A stretch of 64,000 nt of DNA, from assembly GCA_964016885.1 (NCBI GenBank), contig OZ024741.1, forward strand, positions 274,350,001 through 274,414,000, given 5' to 3'. This document shows positions 56,346 through 64,000 of this stretch, piece after piece. This stretch comes from Eledone cirrhosa (lineage: Eukaryota). Within the stretch, counting starts at the first letter, position 1; each line of letters begins with the position of its first letter. Below the pieces are notes generated by a model, which was given only the letters and a program-made list of their open reading frames with translations, had not been told where the DNA came from and searched no databases. The translations under genes and the position numbers were made by a program.

Positions 56346-56525
56346 TATATATATATATATGTTTGTGTGTGTGTGTTTGTATAAATAAATGTGTATATAC
56401 ATATATATATGTATATATATATATATATGTATAAGCGTTAACCTAATATATACCTTCTATATACTGTACCGATTGTGTTGTTATTTCTATTTACTTTTAC
56501 ATACATACATATATCTATATATATA

Positions 56526-56556
<31 letters not shown>

Positions 56557-56558
56557 TT

Positions 56559-56651
<93 letters not shown>

Positions 56652-56839
56652 ATATGTATATATTTATACATATATACATATATATATACACACCCACATA
56701 ATATACGCACGCGCACACACAAACACATACACACACTCGCAACCGCCCTCTTACACACACACACACGTCCGCTGTACTTCATACATTAAATTCTTTATTC
56801 AGCTATTTTTTTTCATATATAAAGAAAAGCATCTAAATT

Positions 56840-57011
<172 letters not shown>

Positions 57012-57039
57012 AATATATATATATATATATATATATATT

Positions 57040-60000
57040 GTTATGACCATGCTGTAAAATGGAGGGGTAGAGAGGGCACATGAGTCCAGTAAGACATCCC
57101 CTCTAGTGCTGGTGGCAGGAATAAAAGCATCCAGTCCATGCTGTAAAGTGGCACTGTAAAGGGCATCGAACCAGTGTATCAATGCCAAAACAATTATGAG
57201 CACAGCAACAATTATATAGGAACAACAAAAATATGAAGACGTCGCCTCTCAGAGCTGCAACACTTAATGTTGGCACTCTGACAGGTAGATCTGGGGAAAT
57301 AGTGGATGTGCTGGAGAGAAGGCAGGTGGATGTGTGCTGCGTGCAAGATGTGAGATGGAGAGGTGCCTCTGCGAGACTAGTCGCAGGCAACCATATAAGA
57401 TTTTCTGGGTAGGTAAGGATAATGGGTTATGGGGAGTAGGCATTTCCCTGGCTGAGAGATGGATCAATAAGACAATAGAGGTAGTTATAGTTAATAATCC
57501 AATAATTAAGCTTAGATTAGTTGTAGGCAGGAGACTACTGACAATCATCTCTGCCTATGCTCGCCAAGGAGGCCTAGGTAAAGAAGAGAAAGACTGCTTT
57601 TACAAACAACTTTTACAAACAGTCGCAATGACAGAGGACGGAGACATCGTTATGCTAGCATGGGACTTCAATGGTCATGTTGGACAGCTCCAGGATGGTT
57701 ACACTGGGGTACATGGTGGTCACGGGTACGGCTCAAGAAATGAAGGAGTGAGACTTCTTGAATTTGGTTATGCAAGTACACTGACTATTTACAACACTAA
57801 CTTCCAGAAACCTGCCAACCACCTAATAACCTACAAATCAGGCGAGCACATAAGCCAGATTGACTTCTTACTAATTAGGCAGCGGGACAGGCAGATAGTG
57901 TCAAATACAAAGGCATGCCCTGGGGAAAAATGTACCCACAGCATAGGTTAGTCGTTAGTGATATCTCAGTAAGCAAGAGATGGAATGAGACATACAGGAA
58001 GTTGTGGAGAAGAAAGGTCTGGAAGCTAAAAGACCTTTCACTAAAATAAAAATTTAGGAAAGCCCTTCAAGATGACAATTTAGAGACGTATGACATAGAT
58101 AATAACTGGAATTTCTTACGTGACAACTTACTGCAGGCTACTGATGAAACTTGTGGCTGGAGCAGAGCTCCAACCAGAGAGAGAGTGATCTGGTGGTGGA
58201 ACAGCACAGTAGATAAGGCCATTAGAGACAAAAGACTAGCATGTAAGGCTTGGAAAAAGGGTGGGAGTATAGAAGGATATACAGCCGCTAAGATATTAGC
58301 TAGACGTCAGGTGTACATAGCACTCAGGGAGGCTGAGAGTAGGAGGTTTGGCAATGTTCTGCGACGGGAAGAGCAGAGGCGTGCGGTGTTCCACATTGCA
58401 AGGCAGTGTGTCAATGCAAATCAGGATGTTGTTGGAGATAAATGTGTCCGGAATGATGCCGGTGTACTTCGTGTCACGAATGATTAGAAAAAGGAGGCCT
58501 GGAAATGTCATTATGAGAGACTGATGAATGTGAAGAACGAATAGGAGAGAAAGAAATTACCCTCAGTAGATCCGACAGAGGGACCAGCTATTGAGATTGA
58601 CGTATATAGGGTCCAAGAGGCGATTAAGGAAATGAAAAATGGAAAGGCTGCTGGACCGTCGGGGATAGTTGCTGAGAGTTGCTGAAGGCATCAGGGGACA
58701 TAGGCACTAAACTGGTTGCACGCATCATCAATCAGGCTATATATGCTGGTGTCATACCCAAAGACTGGTGCAGCAGTATTCTCATAAATTGCTACAAAGG
58801 TAAAGGGGATGTTCTAGAGAGGAGCAATTATAGGGGTATAAAACTGATGGATCAGATTATGAAAGTGGCAAAAAGGATATTATCACAACTAATTAGAGAA
58901 AGGGTCAAACTAGATGAGATGCAGTTTGGTTTTGTGGCTGGGAAAAGTACAATAGATGCCCTCTTCTTGGTGAGACAATTACAAGAGAGGTTCTTAGAGA
59001 AAAATAAGCCACTATACTTAGCCTTTGTTGACCTAGAGAAGGCCTTTGATAGGGTACCCCGATCTGTCATCCGGTGGTCCCAAAGGAAACTAGCTGTTGA
59101 GGAATGGCTTGTGAGAACAGTGCAAACTTTGTACAGAGGTGCTGTCAGTAAAGTCAGGGTAAGAATGGAGTTTAGTGAGGAATTCCAGATACAAGTAGGA
59201 GTACATCAAGGTTCGGTCCTCGTCCGCTCTTGTTCATTATAGTCCTCCAAGTCATAACAGAGGACTTTAAGACTGGCTGTCCATGGGAACTTCTCTATGC
59301 TGACGATCTGGTTCTTATAGCAGAATCAGTAGAGGAGCTAGAGAATAAATTATGGCTATGGAAACAGCAGTTGGAAGCAAGAGGACTGAGAGTGAACCTA
59401 GCTAAGACAAAAGTGTTGATGAGTAGAAAAGAGGACAAAACTCTGATTCCGTCAGGGAAATGGCCATGTTCGATATGCAGAAAAGGACTGGCATAAATTG
59501 TATAAAATGCTCACAATGCAGATCCTGGGTACACAAGAGATGTAGAGGGATAGCAGGCAAACTAGCAGGTAGGGAGAAATATGTATGCAGTAGATGTACA
59601 GGGAAATTAGACAGTAGAAGTCGCATTGATAGACACATTTTTCAAATGCAGGCGGGTGCTATAGAAGTGGTGGATAGCTTCTGGTACCTAGGAGATCAGA
59701 TTAGCATGGGGGGGGGGGGTCCGAGGCCATAGTATCTAGAATAAGGACGGGTTGGAAGAAGTTTAGGGAGCTTCCTCCTCTGCTGACGAAGAAGGGTTTC
59801 TCCCTGCGTACGAAAGGCCGGTTATATGATGCCTGTGTGAGGAGCGCGATGCTGCATGGTAGTGAGACATGGACAGCAACTGCAAAGGATATGCGACGGC
59901 GGGAGAGAAATGAGGCAAGATTGCTCCGTTGGATGTGCAATGTAAATGTGCGTGAACGACCGAACATGGATGTGTTGAGAGAGAAACTGTGTCTGAGAGG

Positions 60001-60292
60001 GATAGAATGTAGTGTACGGGAGAGGAAACTGCAGTGGTATGGACATGTGATGCGCATGGAGGATGACGGATGGATGAAGAAGTGCCAGGAAATGCCAGTT
60101 GAAGGGAGACGTGGTAGAGGTTGACCACAAAAAACATGGGCGGAGGTGGTGAGAACAGACCTCAGATCGGTGAAGCTCACGGTAGAGATGACGAAGGACC
60201 GTGACAAGTGGAGAGATGCTGTGCTGAACAAGACCCGTCCCACCCTTCCAAGCAGGGAAAAGCGGACGTAAAATGATGATGATGAGGAGGAT
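57040..60292 (+). mobile_element. Near full-length RTE-clade LINE, inactivated, inserted in (TA)n
   Basis: Short 5' UTR, single APE-RT ORF remnant, (GAT)n tail at 60273-60292, (TA)n on both flanks. Confidence 0.93.
57233..60271 (+). pseudogene. RTE ORF: AP endonuclease + reverse transcriptase + Cys/His finger; multiple frameshifts and stops
   Basis: TLNVGTLTGR..VDVCCVQDVRW, ISAYA, DFNGHVG, SQIDFLL (APE); SNYRGIKL, QFGF, AFVDLEKAFDRVPR, GVHQGSVL, LLYADDL (YADD at 59296), [15 protein letters not shown]. Confidence 0.93.
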
Positions 60293-60326
60293 ATATATAT
60301 ATGCACATATATATATATATATACAG

Positions 60327-60403
<77 letters not shown>

Positions 60404-60408
60404 TACAT

Positions 60409-60440
<32 letters not shown>

Positions 60441-60564
60441 GTCTTATGGTAGCTAAGATGCGTCCATAGGCGGTATGACGGTTAAGCACACTATGCCCCT
60501 ACGGAGCAGAGTATGATAGAATGGAAAACGAGGAATCAGTGATGCATCAGAACTCAATTTATTG

Positions 60565-60654
60565 CGTATTACAACCGTTTTGCGCTCGAACAGCTCGAGG
60601 AACGATCTGTGTGTGGATCGACCTGACTCTGGATTCGCAGGTTCCTCAAACACG
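60565..60654 (-). ncRNA. Degenerate hammerhead-like fold with branched domain II
   Basis: CGTGT-TTGAGGA-[three hairpins]-CAAAAC-GGTT-GT-A/ATACG, followed by AATAAA; two core mismatches. Confidence 0.4.
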
Positions 60655-60688
60655 TCTATTGATTTCGGAGCAGATCCTCTTTCGTGTG

Positions 60689-60725
<37 letters not shown>

Positions 60726-60768
60726 ACATTTCCTTCGTTTTATATATATATATATATGACATTTCCTT

Positions 60769-61126
<358 letters not shown>

Positions 61127-61129
<3 letters not shown>

Positions 61130-61209
61130 CGAAGGAAATGTGGTAAGGAACCAGATGGACCATAACGCACCAAAGTACTCAATACTTAGGGTAGTAGAGT
61201 GGGTAATAG
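61127..61209 (-). mobile_element. PLE family B 3' end abutting the Neptune fragment
   Basis: TAACGAAGGAAATGTGGTAAGGAACC..GAGTGGGTAATAG. Confidence 0.85.
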
Positions 61210-61596
61210 TACTCGTTCCTATAGGCCCCACTGCAACACCTGTCCCCACATCACCAACACCACCACCTTCCAGGGTCCCAACGGCCACTCTCTCTCGGTC
61301 CGGCATGCCTTCCGCTGCACCTCCTCCAACCTAGTCTACGGACTTATGTCGGACAGACGGGACGTCGCCTGGCGGACCGAGTCACGGAGCACCTCCGGGA
61401 TATTCGTCTCGGGGGCAGTTCCCCCATTGCCCGCCACTTAGGTGGCCCTGGACACTCCGCACGCCATCTTACAGTCTGTGGCCTACTCCAGTGCCACGGA
61501 ACACCCGCCCATCGCCTTACGGTCAAACAACGAACTATCTTCATCTTACAGACCCACACTCCTCCCGGCCTGAACTCCCCACCCTTATTCCTTTAG
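61210..61596 (+). pseudogene. GIY-YIG endonuclease C-terminus of PLE, frameshifted by internal deletion
   Basis: PHCNTCPHITNTTTFQGP..FRCTSSNLVYG / YVGQTGRRLADRVTEHLRDIR..PIARHL..PGHS..IFILQTHTPPGLN; the upstream Cys cluster is typical of Neptune. Confidence 0.9.
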
Positions 61597-63100
61597 CGTT
61601 CGACCGCCCCCCTCCCCCACACTTATCCCCCACTAACACCACTAACACACCCCTCCTTTTCACCGCCCACCCCACACTAACAATACTAACACCTCCACCC
61701 ACCCCTCATCTGACCACCCTTCCCCAACTAACATACTAACATCCCTTCACTCCTCTCTTCTCCTCCCCCCCTCCTTATCACACGCACACACCCACCGGCA
61801 CATATATACACGCGCTCACACTAAACACACACCCTACTACCACCACTAACCCTCACCCCCACACCTCTCACCCCACACCTCCATCCCATCACCCCGCAAC
61901 TAACCTCACTAACACCCCCTAACCCCAAGCACACGAACACACGCACCCACTTACACCACCCACCTCACACGCAACTAACATCACTAACACCCCCCCAACC
62001 CCACGCACACGTACCCACACACCCTCGTACACCACCAACTCTACACACCCTACCACCACTAACCCCCACTCACACCTGCATTCAACCCCTCCCCACCTCC
62101 CGTATACTAACACCTACTAACACCTCTTCATCAAACTACACACACACCAGTACACCACACTCCCTCCATAGAACCACACACACCCTTCTCTCCCCGCTCC
62201 ACCCACACCCTCGCTCCACACTCACTCATCCCACTAACACCCCTACTAATACACACACACACACACCCTCCTCACTCCAACTTTCACACCTACCCATCCT
62301 AGCCCCCTTATCATTCCACCGACTGCTGCTATGCCTTCTGACCACCTCCCAGCACTAACAGACCACAGCACTCCCACTGCTGACCACTTCCTGTTGCGCG
62401 CGCACCCCACATCTCTCCTCTTCCGACCACCGCTTCATGGATTACCCACACGCAGAAATTGACTTACAACCAATCCACTAAACATCCTTGGAACTTACCA
62501 ACTTTTCAACCATCCTCTTACGTAATCACCTATATAACTCACCCACACACACACCCCAAAAAAAAATTTTTATCCACACGGCACCCACACCCACAACACG
62601 CTTAAACCCCACACACACGTGCTTCCCACCACATATTTACACCCTCAGACTCCTGATTCCTCTCCCCCCACCCCCTATCCACACACGCACAGACACTCCG
62701 ACCCACAAAAACACCCCCACACACACCTCTTCCTGAACATGTAACCCCGTTCTTCCCCCAACCCTTACTTTCACATACACACACACACACACACACACCT
62801 ACACACACACACCACCTTCAGCCCTCCCCGCTCGGACACCCCGTCTCCCTCTCCCCACTCCACCCGCCACCACCCCTACTCACCCCACACCCTTCCACCA
62901 CCTGTTTACCCCCTTTTAATTTCAGTTTATTTTGATCATGCCTTTATTTTTAAATTTTCTCATTCCTTGTATTTTGATCATGCTTTATTTTTATTTTTTA
63001 TCTTTATTTGTTATTTTTTCATTCGCACCGTTTCCTTTCGCTATATGTCTCTCCACCACTCCCCTACACACCTTTTGAACTCTGTTCCCACACACTTCTC

Positions 63101-63132
63101 ACCTGAGGAAGGACTTATGCCCGAAACGTCGT
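63101..63132 (+). ncRNA. Minimal PLE hammerhead
   Basis: AC-CTGAGGA-A-GGAC-TTAT-GCCC-GAA-ACGT-C/GT; one stem II mismatch, palindromic stem III, 2-bp stem I. Confidence 0.75.
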
Positions 63133-63220
63133 CCCCCACCTACCCCCCACTCTCCTGAGCGTGAAATTAATAAACATTTATTGTACTGCCTCTCTGTTTT
63201 GTCCCTGTTCAAATTTTTCC

Positions 63221-63261
<41 letters not shown>

Positions 63262-63266
<5 letters not shown>

Positions 63267-63554
63267 TAAAAGGAATTCCAACTTTGTCTGATTTACTCGT
63301 TTTATTTACAATCCTTTAAAATTTATAATGGTATTAGAATGAAATAGTATGGTAGAATATTAAATGTTAAGTGTTGATTGAACAAGTACTTTCATGTTAT
63401 CACAATCTTCAGGTTCATATTTTGTGTGGTGACAGTCAAGTACTTGTTCAATTAACACTTAACTATACTATTTCATTCTAATACCATTATAAATTTTAAA
63501 GGATGGTAAATTAAACGAGTAAATCAGACAATGTTGGAATTCCTTTTATTAATA
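63262..63554. mobile_element. Fold-back PLE fragment with hammerhead at the inner end of the left arm
   Basis: Arms ~63262-63391/63437-63554 are reverse complements with one indel; adjacent to (TA)n. Confidence 0.8.
63379..63417 (-). ncRNA. Minimal type I hammerhead ribozyme
   Basis: TGAAC-CTGAAGA-T-TGT-GATA-ACA-T-GAA-AGTACT-T/GTTCA; all stems paired, palindromic stem III, CUU site. Confidence 0.88.
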
Positions 63555-63625
63555 TAATCTTCTATACACAATCATACACACCCGTGTATATTTATCTATA
63601 TATGTGTGTGTGTGCGTGTGTGTTC

Positions 63626-63657
<32 letters not shown>

Positions 63658-64000
63658 TTATTTATATATGTGTGTGGTGTGTGTGTTTGTGTGTGTACAA
63701 AAGGCAAACAGAAACAACGACAGAGTACAACGAAGAAATATATTAGTTTTGCGCTTGATATAATGGGAAAAGCATTAAAACGTTTCTGGTATTAGTCTGT
63801 CATCAGAAAATAGGAGAAATTAAAGATTTGAGAGAGTGGGCAGTGGCAGAAACGGAAAAGATTCCTTTGAGAAAAATAACAGGTCTATTTAAGTGGCATA
63901 AGATGGGGGCGGAAACTAGAGGGGTTACCAGATGAGAGAAAAATAGAATGGTGAGAAGGGAATAATGAGAAGAGAATAGTGGTGGAGAAGTGGTTGGGGG

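Larger units (their letters stand above)
61210..63222 (+). mobile_element. 5'-truncated Neptune-type Penelope-like element
   Basis: GIY-YIG remnant, ~1.3-kb C/A-rich 3' region, hammerhead at 63101, AATAAA at 63169, then (TA)n. Confidence 0.85.

Overview
Eukaryotic, repeat-saturated DNA with no intact protein-coding gene; nearly all ORF-track entries are microsatellite or satellite artefacts. The SINE, LINE and MITE types resemble those I recall from octopod cephalopods (inference, not database-checked). Contents: (1) a 69-bp satellite (1-3708, open at the left edge); (2) a ~19.6-kb 46-bp satellite (27938-47593) that resembles the stem-loop 3' tail of an octopus tRNA-derived SINE and has higher-order duplications; (3) many short Penelope-like (PLE) terminal fragments from several unrelated families, nearly all inside (TA)n tracts and often fold-back palindromes, carrying about a dozen intact, partial or variant type I hammerhead ribozymes, including a recurrent U.U at the base of stem II and a shared non-canonical CAGAAGA core; (4) a 5'-truncated Neptune-type PLE (GIY-YIG remnant plus hammerhead); (5) a near full-length decayed RTE LINE with a Cys/His finger inside the RT region; (6) fragments of CRE, Vingi/Ingi and BovB-like LINEs, SINEs with target-site duplications (TSDs), and Tc1/mariner and piggyBac MITEs; (7) a promoter-like motif cluster at ~52.1 kb with weak candidate minus-strand exons downstream. 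All coordinates and structures were read by eye.
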